From positions 109,209 to 173,208 of the forward strand of contig CBDFJJ010000007.1 of NCBI GenBank assembly GCA_965248285.1: a stretch of DNA of 64,000 nt. Reading direction: 5' to 3'. Shown one piece after another: positions 15,787 to 25,643 of the stretch (positions are counted from its first letter, which is position 1; every line of letters starts with the position of its first letter). The DNA is from Gemmatimonadales bacterium (GTDB lineage Bacteria; Gemmatimonadota; Gemmatimonadetes; Gemmatimonadales; GWC2-71-9). Under the pieces are notes generated by a model. It had not been told where the DNA came from and searched no databases. It saw nothing but the letters and a program-made list of their open reading frames with translations. The position numbers and the translations under genes are program-made.

Positions 15787-16470
15787 TCAAATGCGCGCGC
15801 GCCAGTGTACCACTATGGCCGAGCCTTCGGCCACCACTGCGGAACGAGGCTCTCCGACCAGCACTTCGTCGTATTCGCGCCCATAGGTCGCTTCCACGTC
15901 ACATGACAATTTTGCATTTGCGGCCGGCCATACACGCCACTGGGGATGATCTACCCGATACTCGATCGACGATCCATCGCGTTGCCGTGTGTATCCCCAA
16001 TTGTGTTTCGTCACAAATTCCCCCTCTGATCCGGACGCCGGCAGATTGGGTAACCCACCGAAATCAGCACTCATCGAATTGTATAGACCCTCGCCCCATT
16101 GGTACTCGGCGCGTCCCTCGTTCTCCACTCCGGCGTCAGGGAGGGAGATGGTGGAGGACATCGGTGCGGTGACGTAATTCTCGTTGTACCACCAACGCGC
16201 CACCGCCGCCACCGCTACGCTTCGGACGATCTCCTTGATGAACACTACACCGCGGCGCCATTGTCCATCCACACGCCGGCGCACGTAGAAGCGCAGATTG
16301 ATTTCGTCGAAGTTGCGGTGAAACGGAACGGGGACTCCGAGCAGGCGCGTATTGAGAAACCGAAAACCCACGAGGCTCACCAACGCGCCATAGTCGGTAA
16401 CGTCGAGTTCGGTGCCGCGCGGCACTCGCGGCTTCAAGATCGCTGCGTCGATGTTGTAATTAAGCATCAA
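15787..16470 (-). CDS. DUF2071 family protein
   Basis: ..NYNIDAAILKPRVPRGTELDVTDYGALVSLVGFRF..FDEINLRFYV.. fits the DUF2071 pattern. The family-typical N-terminus (TLLTAEWRYLL) is in frame upstream of the TTG start but has no canonical start codon, so the start is uncertain. Confidence 0.6.
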   Translation of the reverse strand: MMLNYNIDAAILKPRVPRGTELDVTDYGALVSLVGFRFLNTRLLGVPVPFHRNFDEINLRFYVRRRVDGQWRRGVVFIKEIVRSVAVAAVARWWYNENYVTAPMSSTISLPDAGVENEGRAEYQWGEGLYNSMSADFGGLPNLPASGSEGEFVTKHNWGYTRQRDGSSIEYRVDHPQWRVWPAANAKLSCDVEATYGREYDEVLVGEPRSAVVAEGSAIVVHWRARI

Positions 16471-16514
16471 CAGATAGCGCCACTCAGCGGTCAGGAGCGT
16501 CGTAGCCTTGGTGT

Positions 16515-17144
16515 CTACGCTTTTGTTTTCCTCCTCGTGGCACGCTTAGTGCCTTTCTTTGCGACCGGCTTTTTTGTGGCTTTTCTCGTGGCCTTCTTTG
16601 CGGTGGTCTTACCGGCGCCTGCGGCGGTACGCCGGGCCTGAGTGGACTTTCGCTGGCCAGGCGCGCCGCGAGTTTTCTTCACCGTGGATGCAGAGGGCGT
16701 CTCGGGCGGACTGAAACGCAACAGCATTTCCTGGCAACGCTTGTACTCATCGAGCTTCGCAATCGCAGTGTTCTTCAACTTCTCCATCGTAACCGCAACC
16801 GTATATAGGCTCGGATCGAGTTTGAGTATTTCCGAGCGTACCTTCCCAAGATCGGCGGTGATCTTCTCCGATCGGGGACGGGACTGCGACATTTGATAGA
16901 GACGACCGATGAGGCGGCGCAGCGCGTGAATGATGATATGGTCTTGCGAGGACAGCGTCGAAAGAACCCGGGCGCGCCGGTCGACCCCGCGTCGGCGATC
17001 GACCTCCACGGCTACAGCCTCCTGGCGCCGCTGTGCCAGCCGCCGCTCGCTCACGGCCCGCCGTTCTTCCGCCGTCCGTCGGTCCGCGATTTTCCGTCTG
17101 TCGCCCTTGCGGCGTGTTGCGGCGGGGGTTTCTTCCATCTGCAC
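16515..17144 (-). CDS. Highly basic hypothetical protein (N-terminal DRR repeats, C-terminal Lys/Ala-rich histone H1-like tail)
   Basis: N-terminus: GDRRKIADRRTAEERRAVSERRLAQRRQ..DRRRGVDRRARV. C-terminus: TTAKKATRKATKKPVAKKGTKRATRRKTKA. Confidence 0.5.
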   Translation of the reverse strand: MQMEETPAATRRKGDRRKIADRRTAEERRAVSERRLAQRRQEAVAVEVDRRRGVDRRARVLSTLSSQDHIIIHALRRLIGRLYQMSQSRPRSEKITADLGKVRSEILKLDPSLYTVAVTMEKLKNTAIAKLDEYKRCQEMLLRFSPPETPSASTVKKTRGAPGQRKSTQARRTAAGAGKTTAKKATRKATKKPVAKKGTKRATRRKTKA

Positions 17145-17261
17145 TCCACGTGGTAAGCGGGCCAGTGTGAGAACGCGCCTTGGGATGGTGAGTATGAACC
17201 GCAGAACTGCGCTTCGGAAGGGTCAGTGCAAATCGCCACTCCCATCTAGGACAGGAACCGG

Positions 17262-17786
17262 TTACCTCGTCAGCACGGGGACGTATTCAGCCCAGGGACC
17301 CACCTGATCGGCGTACTGTTTCGCCATCACCCGCGTCGTCTGGGCGATGTGCCCCAAATCGTGCACCACCCACGTCGCCAGCAACTGACCCAGCCTGACG
17401 ACCCCAAAATCCGGGTGGCGCCCCACCCGCCGAAGATCGCTCGCCGATAGCTCCAACTCCCCGAGTGTGGACAGGTTGGCCGATCTCAGCTCTGCAAATT
17501 CATCCAAGAGTTCGACTAGTGCCTTTCCACGCGACTCCTCGAACTGTGCGAATCGATCCAGGGGCTCGAACACCTGCGATTCGCCTTTCGCGAGAATCAA
17601 TTTGGTGCGGTGGATCCAATCGGCCTTCTCGCAGTGGACCAGGTGTCCGACTACGTCAAATGGGCTCCACGTTTTCTCACCTTCATTCGACGCCACCCAA
17701 GAATCGGGCAGATCGCGTAGTAGTGCATCGAACACGGAAGGCGTGCGGCTGAGAATGGACGTGGCTTCCTCGATGTCAAATTGCAC
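17262..17786 (-). CDS. DinB-family protein
   Basis: His triad context: VVGHLVHCEKADW .. VHDLGHIAQ. Confidence 0.7.
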   Translation of the reverse strand: MQFDIEEATSILSRTPSVFDALLRDLPDSWVASNEGEKTWSPFDVVGHLVHCEKADWIHRTKLILAKGESQVFEPLDRFAQFEESRGKALVELLDEFAELRSANLSTLGELELSASDLRRVGRHPDFGVVRLGQLLATWVVHDLGHIAQTTRVMAKQYADQVGPWAEYVPVLTR

Positions 17787-17800
17787 TGCATACCTCCGTG

Positions 17801-18151
17801 TTACTGAGCATAGCTGTCTGCACCCATGAAGTGTAACGACACGTACGGTTCATCTCCGACGACCCAACTATCGTGACCTGGACCGATCGAAAAGAAATCG
17901 CCCGGTGTAAGATCCAATTCCCGCCCGTCATTCATCAACGCCTTCGCGTGTCCGGAAAGCACCAAGCCAATATGATCCACCTCGCAACTTGTCGCTCCGG
18001 TTGCCGCTCCGACATGCTCCGACCACTTCCAACCTGGCTCGTAGCTCGCACGTCCTATGATCATGTGTCCGATCTTGATGACGTCGAATTTCCCCTTCTC
18101 GAACGTCCTCGTCTCGTCGGGAGAGTCAAACCGCTTAATGGGTGCGTGCAT
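17801..18151 (-). CDS. Cupin domain protein
   Basis: 116 aa with ..SCEVDHIGLVLSGHAK..GDFFSIGPGHDSWV.., which is cupin motif-like. Confidence 0.6.
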   Translation of the reverse strand: MHAPIKRFDSPDETRTFEKGKFDVIKIGHMIIGRASYEPGWKWSEHVGAATGATSCEVDHIGLVLSGHAKALMNDGRELDLTPGDFFSIGPGHDSWVVGDEPYVSLHFMGADSYAQ

Positions 18152-18395
18152 CGGAATAACCTCGCTCTTGCTTCATCACCACTGTCTTCATCATCACTGT
18201 CTCAAATCTCCAAAAATGAAGCCATTAGTCACGTACGCCATCCGCACTGGCCAAGGCCTCCGCTACCTGATCAGCCTTGCACACAACTCGAGCACCTGCC
18301 CGGCCGTGCGACCAGTAGCCTGCGGGAGTGCCTGCTCGAGACGACCCGCGAAATCGAGCCGATGCTGTTGGAGACCCACAAAATGCGCGTGAGGC

Positions 18396-18574
18396 CTAGT
18401 ACTTGCTCTCGCAAAGGTACAGACTGTTGTCATCGGGGTCGCCGAAAAAGGCCAGCCTTATCGACCCATTCGCATCGCCCTGGATCGGGCCGTCGAATGT
18501 GACGCCCCGGCTCTTCAAAATACGCACGACTTCGTCGATCGACTCCGTCACATTGAAACCGACGTTGATGGATC
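18396..18574 (-). pseudogene. VOC/glyoxalase-family gene, C-terminal fragment truncated by IS5-family copy A
   Basis: GSINVGFNVTESIDEVVRILKSRGVTFDGPIQGDANGSIRLAFFGDPDDNSLYLCE. The upstream 40 codons of ORF 18396..18695 are read from the IS end. Confidence 0.65.
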
Positions 18575-18704
18575 CTAGCAGGTTGCGGAAAAATTGATGG
18601 TGAGCCGCGTTTGTCCGGGTAACACGACGGTGTACCAGCGTGCGGTCCCCTATTACCGCCCCCGCGGTGCGGTCGGCGTGACGAATGCGGCCCACACTGC
18701 CCCA

Positions 18705-19442
18705 TCAGGGGCTGCCTCCGGCCAGGGTCAGGGTGCGTATCCGCATCAGATTGTAGACCGCGGCCGTGAACGTAAACACCCACCCGACCCGCGGGGTCCC
18801 GCGATGTCGGAGTTTGCGTAACAACCCAATCGTCTTGCCCCACCCGTAGATCTCTTCCACTTTTTTGCGCTGCCGTTGACTGATCGCATAGCTGGGATGG
18901 CGCGTCGTCCGGCCATCCACCGCGCTCCGCAACCGCGTGCGGTGCACGTTCGGCGTGACGTGGGGCGTCCAGCCCAACGCCCGCAGCGTGTCGACAAACC
19001 CGCACCGATCATAACCCTTGTCCGCCCCCAACGTCCGACGCCGGGCCGTCGGCGGTAAGCTCCCCACCATCGCCAGCGCACTCGCACACTCCGCCTCGTA
19101 GCCGGGCTGCGTCACGTCGGTCGCCACCACGAGCCCGTGCCGATTATCCATCAACACACTCGCCAAGTACGCCAATTGCGCGCCTTGCCCCCCACTCTTC
19201 CGCGTCAACCGCGCCTCCGGGTCCGTCCGCGACGCATGCGTCGCATTCGTCCGTTTCTCCTGGCGAAACGTCACGCTCGGATTCCCCGGATCATCGTCCG
19301 TTGGCGGGCGGGTGCCGGCCTTCGGCTGAAAACTCTTCTGACTCGCCCACGCGTCCAGCAAGGTCCCGTCGACGGTGAAATGCTCATTCGACAACAACGC
19401 CCGCCGCTCCGCCTCCTGTAACACTTCGGCCAGAAACGCATC
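18705..19442 (-). pseudogene. IS5-family transposase, C-terminal part (copy A)
   Basis: ..LAEVLQEAERRALLSNEHFTVDGT..LGADKGYD.. is identical to residues 128-366 of the intact 366-aa copies. Confidence 0.9.
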
Positions 19443-19476
19443 GAGGTATTGTCAAATGTTGTGGATCGGTGAGTGA

Positions 19477-20736
19477 TCAAGCGGCGACCTTCCGATCCGT
19501 GTTCTCTTTGTCAGTTTCCTGCATACCATCTTTGAATTGTTCTCCTGCCAACACCAGGGGGAGAAGTTCTGGAGCGTTGAGTTTCCGCCAACGTTGCTGC
19601 GCCATCTCCAACAGCTTGAACGCCATCGTCAGCCCTTTGCTCCGCGAGCCCGCTCCCTTGGTCACGCGCTGTCGTAACCGGACCGTCGCGAAGGCAGACT
19701 CGATCACGTTCGTCGAACGGATATGTTTCCAATGCTCGGCCGGAAAATCAAAATGGCTGTACAGGTGCTCCTGGTCCCGCGTGAGCGAGGCGACCGCCTT
19801 GGGATACTTGGCCGCATACGCGGTGGCGAAACGCTCGACCAGCGCCTCGGCCTCCGCACGCGACTCCGCATACATCATCTCGCGCAACACCCGCTTCGCC
19901 GCCGGCTGCAAACGTTTCGGAAGCTTGTCCAACACGTTGGCCATCCGGTGCACCCAGTCGCGCTGCTGCCGCGTCGCCGGCCACACCTCCCGCACCGCTG
20001 CCCAGAACCCCAACGCGCCATCCCCAATCGCCAGCACCGGGGCCCGCATCCCCCGACGCTTCAGATCGCGCAACACCGCCAACCAGCTCTCCGTGCTCTC
20101 CCGATAGCCGTCCTCCACCGCGATCAGCTCTTTCGTCCCATCCGCCCGGGCGCCCAGCATCACCAGCGTACACAGCCGGTCGGCCTCGAGGCGAATGTTG
20201 AAGTGGATCCCGTCGACCCAGACGTACACATACTCCCGATCACGCAGATCACGCTGGCGAAACGCCTGGTATTCCCCCTCCCACGCCGCCGTCAATCGCG
20301 TGATCGTCGTCGGGGACAAGCCTGATGCGTCCTCACCCAACAAGATCGGCAACGCCTCGCGAAAATCTCCCGTCGACAGACCGCGCAGATACAACACCGG
20401 CAAGACCTCCGCCACCTTCGGCGACCGCCGCATATAGGGAGGCAAAATCTTGCTCGTGAACTGCGCCCGCATACGACGGTCATGCACCCGTGGCGCGGTC
20501 ACCGTGACCGTACCAGCACCCAGCGTCACCTTGCGGGGACGGGCTTTGCCATTGCGCACCACCAGGGCGCGGCCCTCTCCGTCTCGCTCAATCCGATATC
20601 GCTCGACATACTCGGTCACTTCCGCGTCCAACGCACTCACCAGCATCCGCCGAGCTCCCTCTCTGGCAAGCTCGTCCAGGTCTGCGAACAGTCCGTTCCC
20701 TTTGCTCTCAGACGCATTCTCTATTATCCTCAACAT
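19477..20736 (-). CDS. IS256-family transposase, 419 aa
   Basis: Translation is identical to copy 3. Confidence 0.9.
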   Translation of the reverse strand: MLRIIENASESKGNGLFADLDELAREGARRMLVSALDAEVTEYVERYRIERDGEGRALVVRNGKARPRKVTLGAGTVTVTAPRVHDRRMRAQFTSKILPPYMRRSPKVAEVLPVLYLRGLSTGDFREALPILLGEDASGLSPTTITRLTAAWEGEYQAFRQRDLRDREYVYVWVDGIHFNIRLEADRLCTLVMLGARADGTKELIAVEDGYRESTESWLAVLRDLKRRGMRAPVLAIGDGALGFWAAVREVWPATRQQRDWVHRMANVLDKLPKRLQPAAKRVLREMMYAESRAEAEALVERFATAYAAKYPKAVASLTRDQEHLYSHFDFPAEHWKHIRSTNVIESAFATVRLRQRVTKGAGSRSKGLTMAFKLLEMAQQRWRKLNAPELLPLVLAGEQFKDGMQETDKENTDRKVAA

Positions 20737-20854
20737 CGGTGGCGTGTCCTTTCTCCGGTCGTCACAACCGGATCTCGTGTACGTTTCAACTGACTACACG
20801 AAAGGATACGCCGCCTTTCTCATTCCTCCAATCCACAACTTTCGAAAATAACTC

Positions 20855-21005
20855 GCTCTCAGACGCATTCTCTATTATCCTCAACATCGGTGGCGTGTCC
20901 TTTCTCCGGTCGTCACAACCGGATCTCGTGTACGTTTCAACTGACTACACGAAAGGATACGCCGCCTTTCTCATTCCTCCAATCCACAACTTTCGAAAAT
21001 AACTC
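20855..21005 (-). repeat. Exact tandem duplicate of IS256 left end (20704-20854)
   Basis: 151 bp comprising the left inverted repeat, the leader and the first ~11 transposase codons, repeated head to tail. Confidence 0.85.
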
Positions 21006-21377
21006 AAACGCATCCGCGATGCCCCCCTCGACCAGCCGCGTCCGATTCTTCGTAAAGACCGTCGGCACCCACACCGCGTCGTCCAGATTCAACCCCACAA
21101 ACCATCGGTACAAGATGTTGTAATCGAGCTGCTCCATCAGCTGCCGCTCGCTCCGGATCGTATACACCACCTGCAGCAATAACGCGCGTAACAAATGTTC
21201 CGGGGGAATCGACGGCCGGCCCCGCCGCGCGTACAGCCGGTCCAACTGCGGCGAGAGCCGGGCTAACACCGGGTCCACCAGCGCCCGCAGGGCGCGCAAC
21301 GGATGGTCGGAGGGCACCCGATCCTCCGCACTGATATAGCTGAACAGCGCCGACTGATTCGTCTTGTTCCCGCGCAT
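21006..21377 (-). pseudogene. IS5-family transposase, N-terminal part (copy A)
   Basis: MRGNKTNQSALFSYISAEDRVPSDHPLRAL..GGIADAF is identical to residues 1-124 of the intact copies. Confidence 0.9.
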
Positions 21378-21580
21378 CGTGGCACTCCCATCGAGGTCCC
21401 TCTACGATAAGAACTTCCGGCTCGCGATGCTATCGTCCATTACCCGACTTTTTCCGCAACCTGCTAGAGGTCTTATCGGTGAAGACTAAATGGAGAAGAT
21501 ATTTAGGGGAGAGGTTTGGGCCTCCCCGGTTTGGTGGACACCGAGTTAGTAGACGTCCATCATACTGTGGGAGGTTTGTT

Positions 21581-21850
21581 ATGGTCAAGAAACGACGGCG
21601 GTATACGCGGGAGTTCAAGCTGGAAGCCGTCAGGCTGGCGTTAGAATCGGAGCGTCCGCTGGCGGAGGTCGCGCGGGAGTTGGGCATTGCCCCGAATGTG
21701 TTACACCGGTGGAAGCAGCAGCTGGAGACGCGGGATCCGGCGACGGCCTTCCCGGGGCATGGGAAGCGGGCGGGGCCGGAAGATGAAGTCTGGCAGCTGC
21801 GTCGGGAACTCGAGCAGGTGAAACAGGAGCGGGATTTCTTAAAAAAAGCG
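21581..21850 (+). pseudogene. IS3-family orfA (HTH), cut at the frameshift site
   Basis: MVKKRRRYTREFKLEAVRLALESERPLAEVARELGIAPNVLHRWK..ERDFLKKA. The slippery TTAAAAAAAG at 21838-21847 is immediately followed by the IS30 end. Confidence 0.8.
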
Positions 21851-21914
21851 GTGGTGGATTCAGCAGGTCATTGCAACACCCTGTATTATTTCACCGATTT
21901 GGAGGGTGTTGTTC

Positions 21915-22898
21915 ATGGCACGGTTAGGACGTCCTGGCCTTTCCGCGACCCAGAAGGCGGAGTTGTGGCGACGTTGGAAAAAGGGAGAGTCGCTGAGTGA
22001 TATTGGTCGCGCGCTCGGCAAGCATGCGGGATCGGTGTTTGGTGTACTGAAGACAAACGGAGGTATATGCCCAGCGCGTCGGCGGCGCTCGCGCCTTGCG
22101 CTGACGATGGCCGAAAGAGAAGAGATCTCGCGTGGCCTCGCGGCGGATCGTCCCATGCGGCAGATTGCCGCAACGATTGGTCGATCGCCATCAACGGTGA
22201 GTCGCGAGATCGCGCGGCATGGCGGCTGGAACGGGTACCGTGCGGCCGATGCCGACACGGCGGCCTGGGAGCGGGCCCGTCGTCCCAAACGCTGTCGGCT
22301 GGCGCAGCACGTGCGACTGCAGCGGATCGTTGCCGAGAAACTGCGTCTTGATTGGTCGCCGGAGCAGATAGCGGGCTGGCTGCGGCGGACCTTTCCCCAT
22401 GACGAGACCATGCGGGTGTCGCACGAGACCATTTATCGGAGTTTGTTTGTCCAGGCGCGTGGGGTCCTGAAACGCGAGTTGATCAAGCATCTGCGATCGC
22501 ACCGCGTGATGCGGCACGCGAAGAACGCCACCACGAAAGGGCAACCTCGGGGCCAGATCATCGATGGCGTCTCCATCCGCGACCGCCCCGCATCGGTGGA
22601 AGACCGTGCAATCCCTGGGCATTGGGAAGGCGACCTGATCGCTGGGTCGAAGAACACCCATATTGCCACACTCGTGGAACGCCAATCCCGATTTACCATG
22701 CTGGTCAAAGTGGATGGCAAGGACTCCGAAACCGTCGTATCAGCACTCAGCAAACACGTCAAGAAACTACCGTCCGAACTCCGGCGGTCCTTAACCTGGG
22801 ATCGGGGCATGGAGCTGGCCCAACACAAGCGATTTACGGTCGCCACTAATTTGCGAGTCTACTTTTGTGATCCACAGAGCCCTTGGCAGCGCGGGACG
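21915..22898 (+). pseudogene. IS30-family transposase, N-terminal 328 codons
   Basis: MARLGRPGLSATQKAELWRRWKKGESLSDIGRALG..HWEGDLI..FCDPQSPWQRGT, then read-through into IS256. GGAGGG SD lies 8 nt before ATG 21915. Confidence 0.85.
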
Positions 22899-24310
22899 GA
22901 GGTATTGTCAAATGTTGTGGATCGGTGAGTGATCAAGCGGCGACCTTCCGATCCGTGTTCTCTTTGTCAGTTTCCTGCATACCATCTTTGAATTGTTCTC
23001 CTGCCAACACCAGGGGGAGAAGTTCTGGAGCGTTGAGTTTCCGCCAACGTTGCTGCGCCATCTCCAACAGCTTGAACGCCATCGTCAGCCCTTTGCTCCG
23101 CGAGCCCGCTCCCTTGGTCACGCGCTGTCGTAACCGGACCGTCGCGAAGGCAGACTCGATCACGTTCGTCGAACGGATATGTTTCCAATGCTCGGCCGGA
23201 AAATCAAAATGGCTGTACAGGTGCTCCTGGTCCCGCGTGAGCGAGGCGACCGCCTTGGGATACTTGGCCGCATACGCGGTGGCGAAACGCTCGACCAGCG
23301 CCTCGGCCTCCGCACGCGACTCCGCATACATCATCTCGCGCAACACCCGCTTCGCCGCCGGCTGCAAACGTTTCGGAAGCTTGTCCAACACGTTGGCCAT
23401 CCGGTGCACCCAGTCGCGCTGCTGCCGCGTCGCCGGCCACACCTCCCGCACCGCTGCCCAGAACCCCAACGCGCCATCCCCAATCGCCAGCACCGGGGCC
23501 CGCATCCCCCGACGCTTCAGATCGCGCAACACCGCCAACCAGCTCTCCGTGCTCTCCCGATAGCCGTCCTCCACCGCGATCAGCTCTTTCGTCCCATCCG
23601 CCCGGGCGCCCAGCATCACCAGCGTACACAGCCGGTCGGCCTCGAGGCGAATGTTGAAGTGGATCCCGTCGACCCAGACGTACACATACTCCCGATCACG
23701 CAGATCACGCTGGCGAAACGCCTGGTATTCCCCCTCCCACGCCGCCGTCAATCGCGTGATCGTCGTCGGGGACAAGCCTGATGCGTCCTCACCCAACAAG
23801 ATCGGCAACGCCTCGCGAAAATCTCCCGTCGACAGACCGCGCAGATACAACACCGGCAAGACCTCCGCCACCTTCGGCGACCGCCGCATATAGGGAGGCA
23901 AAATCTTGCTCGTGAACTGCGCCCGCATACGACGGTCATGCACCCGTGGCGCGGTCACCGTGACCGTACCAGCACCCAGCGTCACCTTGCGGGGACGGGC
24001 TTTGCCATTGCGCACCACCAGGGCGCGGCCCTCTCCGTCTCGCTCAATCCGATATCGCTCGACATACTCGGTCACTTCCGCGTCCAACGCACTCACCAGC
24101 ATCCGCCGAGCTCCCTCTCTGGCAAGCTCGTCCAGGTCTGCGAACAGTCCGTTCCCTTTGCTCTCAGACGCATTCTCTATTATCCTCAACATCGGTGGCG
24201 TGTCCTTTCTCCGGTCGTCACAACCGGATCTCGTGTACGTTTCAACTGACTACACGAAAGGATACGCCGCCTTTCTCATTCCTCCAATCCACAACTTTCG
24301 AAAATAACTC
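22899..24310 (-). mobile_element. IS256-family insertion sequence, copy 3 (1412 bp)
   Basis: The same inverted repeats. Perfect 9-bp target duplication CGCGGGACG at 22890-22898 and 24311-24319. Confidence 0.9.
22933..24192 (-). CDS. IS256-family transposase, 419 aa
   Basis: Translation is identical to copy 2. Confidence 0.9.
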   Translation of the reverse strand: MLRIIENASESKGNGLFADLDELAREGARRMLVSALDAEVTEYVERYRIERDGEGRALVVRNGKARPRKVTLGAGTVTVTAPRVHDRRMRAQFTSKILPPYMRRSPKVAEVLPVLYLRGLSTGDFREALPILLGEDASGLSPTTITRLTAAWEGEYQAFRQRDLRDREYVYVWVDGIHFNIRLEADRLCTLVMLGARADGTKELIAVEDGYRESTESWLAVLRDLKRRGMRAPVLAIGDGALGFWAAVREVWPATRQQRDWVHRMANVLDKLPKRLQPAAKRVLREMMYAESRAEAEALVERFATAYAAKYPKAVASLTRDQEHLYSHFDFPAEHWKHIRSTNVIESAFATVRLRQRVTKGAGSRSKGLTMAFKLLEMAQQRWRKLNAPELLPLVLAGEQFKDGMQETDKENTDRKVAA

Positions 24311-24319
24311 CGCGGGACG

Positions 24320-24495
24320 AACGAAAACACGAACCGCTTATTGCGTCAGTATTTTCCGAAGGGTACTGATTTATCCGTTCACTCTCAGGCAGATCTCAAT
24401 GCTGTAGCATTACGTCTAAATCAACGACCTAGAAAAACATTGAAGTTCTGTACGCCAGCAGATAAACTGCACTCGAATGTTGCGATGACTGATTG
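24320..24495 (+). pseudogene. IS30-family transposase, C-terminal remainder
   Basis: My translation continues in frame after the duplicated CGCGGGACG: [50 protein letters not shown], which is the typical IS30 C-terminus. Confidence 0.8.
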
Positions 24496-24529
24496 AACTC
24501 AAAGCAGCGTTCTTCGCGCGGGAGTCGCC

Positions 24530-25408
24530 GTGAAGTACGCGTGTATCGCGTCGCACCGGCGGCGGTTTCCGGTGACGATGATGTGTCGGGTGTTGGGGGT
24601 GAGTCGGTCGGGCTTTTATGCGGCCCAGACGCGCCCGCTCAGCCCCCGGACGCGGCAGGACCAGCGACTTCTGTTGGAGATTCGCACGATTCATCGCGCG
24701 AGCAAGCAACGCTATGGCAGCCCTCGGGTGCACGCGGAGCTGCACGGGCGGGGCGTGCCGTGTGGGAAGACCCGGGTGGAGCGCCTCATGCGCCGCGATG
24801 GCTTGCGCGCCAAGAAACGGCGCCGGTTCCGGGTGACCACGGAGTCGGACCATGCCTACGCGCCAGCGCCCAATGTCCTGGCCCGCCAGTTTGGCGTGGA
24901 GCGTCGGTGCGCCGCGCGGGTGTGGGCCGCAGATCTGACGTATCTCCCCACGCGGGAGGGGTGGCTGTATCTCGCGGTGATTCTGGATGTCGGCACCCGG
25001 CGGGTCGTGGGCTGGGCGGCGCAGTCCTCGTTACAGCACGATATCACGCTGGCGGCGCTCGACATGGCGCTGGCGCGCGAGGGCGGTGGGGGCGGCCTGC
25101 ACCATTCGGATCGGGGCGTGCAATACGCGTGTCGCCCCTACCGCGATCGCTTGGCCGCGCATGGCATTGCGGTCAGCATGAGTCGGCGGGGCAACTGTTG
25201 GGATAACGCCGTCGTCGAGAGTTTCATGGCCACGCTGAAATGGGAATTAGTCGCCGACGCCAACTGGCTCACCCGACGCCACGCGGCCCGCTCGCTGTTT
25301 GAGTATCTCGAGCTTTGGTACAATCGGCAGCGTCGGCATTCGAGTCTCGGGTATCGGACACCGGTCGAGTACGCCGTGCTACTCGCCCAGACACAGCAGG
25401 CAGCGTAA
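24530..25408 (+). CDS. IS3-family orfB (DDE integrase core)
   Basis: ..WAADLTYLPT..HSDRGVQYACRPYRDRLAAHGIAVSMSRRGNCWDNAVVESF..YNRQRRHSSLGY. It is separated from orfA by the nested ISs, so a fused transposase cannot be made. Confidence 0.85.
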   Translation: MKYACIASHRRRFPVTMMCRVLGVSRSGFYAAQTRPLSPRTRQDQRLLLEIRTIHRASKQRYGSPRVHAELHGRGVPCGKTRVERLMRRDGLRAKKRRRFRVTTESDHAYAPAPNVLARQFGVERRCAARVWAADLTYLPTREGWLYLAVILDVGTRRVVGWAAQSSLQHDITLAALDMALAREGGGGGLHHSDRGVQYACRPYRDRLAAHGIAVSMSRRGNCWDNAVVESFMATLKWELVADANWLTRRHAARSLFEYLELWYNRQRRHSSLGYRTPVEYAVLLAQTQQAA

Positions 25409-25439
25409 ACTGTATGTCCATCAAACCGGGGGAAGACCA

Positions 25440-25643
25440 GTTGTCAGCAAAAAAGCGAGTGAGCAGATGATAAATATTATGTTGGAAACAACCTTTATGC
25501 TCAATCTAATCAAAGGGCGATTGCCGAGTGGAACGCCTGTAGCTCGTAAGGCTGGCACTCTACCAACGTCCCTTGGGGAAACGGGTATAATTTATCTTCC
25601 TGAAGACAAAGGACATGTGATAGTAACTGTAATGACCAACAAT
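25440..25643 (+). pseudogene. Class A beta-lactamase-like gene remnant, part 1 (visibly low GC)
   Basis: ..LIKGRLPSGTPVARKAGTLPTSLGETGIIYLPEDKGHVIVTVMTNNL resembles the KTG-box to C-terminal region of class A enzymes (KAG here). The 5-prime part is lost at the IS3 right end, and the fragment is interrupted by IS5 copy B. Confidence 0.5.

Larger units (their letters stand above)
19443..21005 (-). mobile_element. IS256-family insertion sequence, copy 2 (1412 bp) plus a 151-bp tandem duplication of its left end
   Basis: The same inverted repeats as copy 1. The 9-bp target duplication AAACGCATC (19434-19442 and 21006-21014) brackets the whole 1563-bp unit, and the target is contiguous in IS5 copy C. 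Confidence 0.9.
18575..21467 (-). mobile_element. IS5-family insertion sequence, copy A, interrupted by IS256 copy 2
   Basis: Ends CTAGCAGGTTGCGGAAAAA and TTTTTCCGCAACCTGCTAG, identical to intact copies B and C. The transposase is split between 18705..19442 and 21006..21377. Confidence 0.9.
21856..24499 (+). mobile_element. IS30-family insertion sequence, interrupted by IS256 copy 3 (ends approximate)
   Basis: Inverted repeats GGATTCAGCAGGTCATTGCAACAC and the reverse complement of ATGTTGCGATGACTGATTGAACTC (about 17 of 24 matches). About 1.22 kb once the nested IS is removed. Confidence 0.7.
21468..25439 (+). mobile_element. IS3-family insertion sequence, interrupted by IS30 (boundaries approximate)
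   Basis: OrfA and orfB are separated by 2.6 kb of foreign IS DNA. Approximate inverted repeats: AGGTCTTATCGGTGAAGAC at the left end, and TGGTCTTCCCCCGGTTTGATGGAC as the reverse complement of the right end. The left end abuts the end of IS5 copy A directly. Confidence 0.7.

Noticed and set aside
20704-21005. Possible CRISPR-like or tandem repeat arrays here and at 61393..61650.
   Set aside because: The first is a single exact duplication of an IS end. The second consists of inverted short units without unique spacers of regular length. No cas genes are present.
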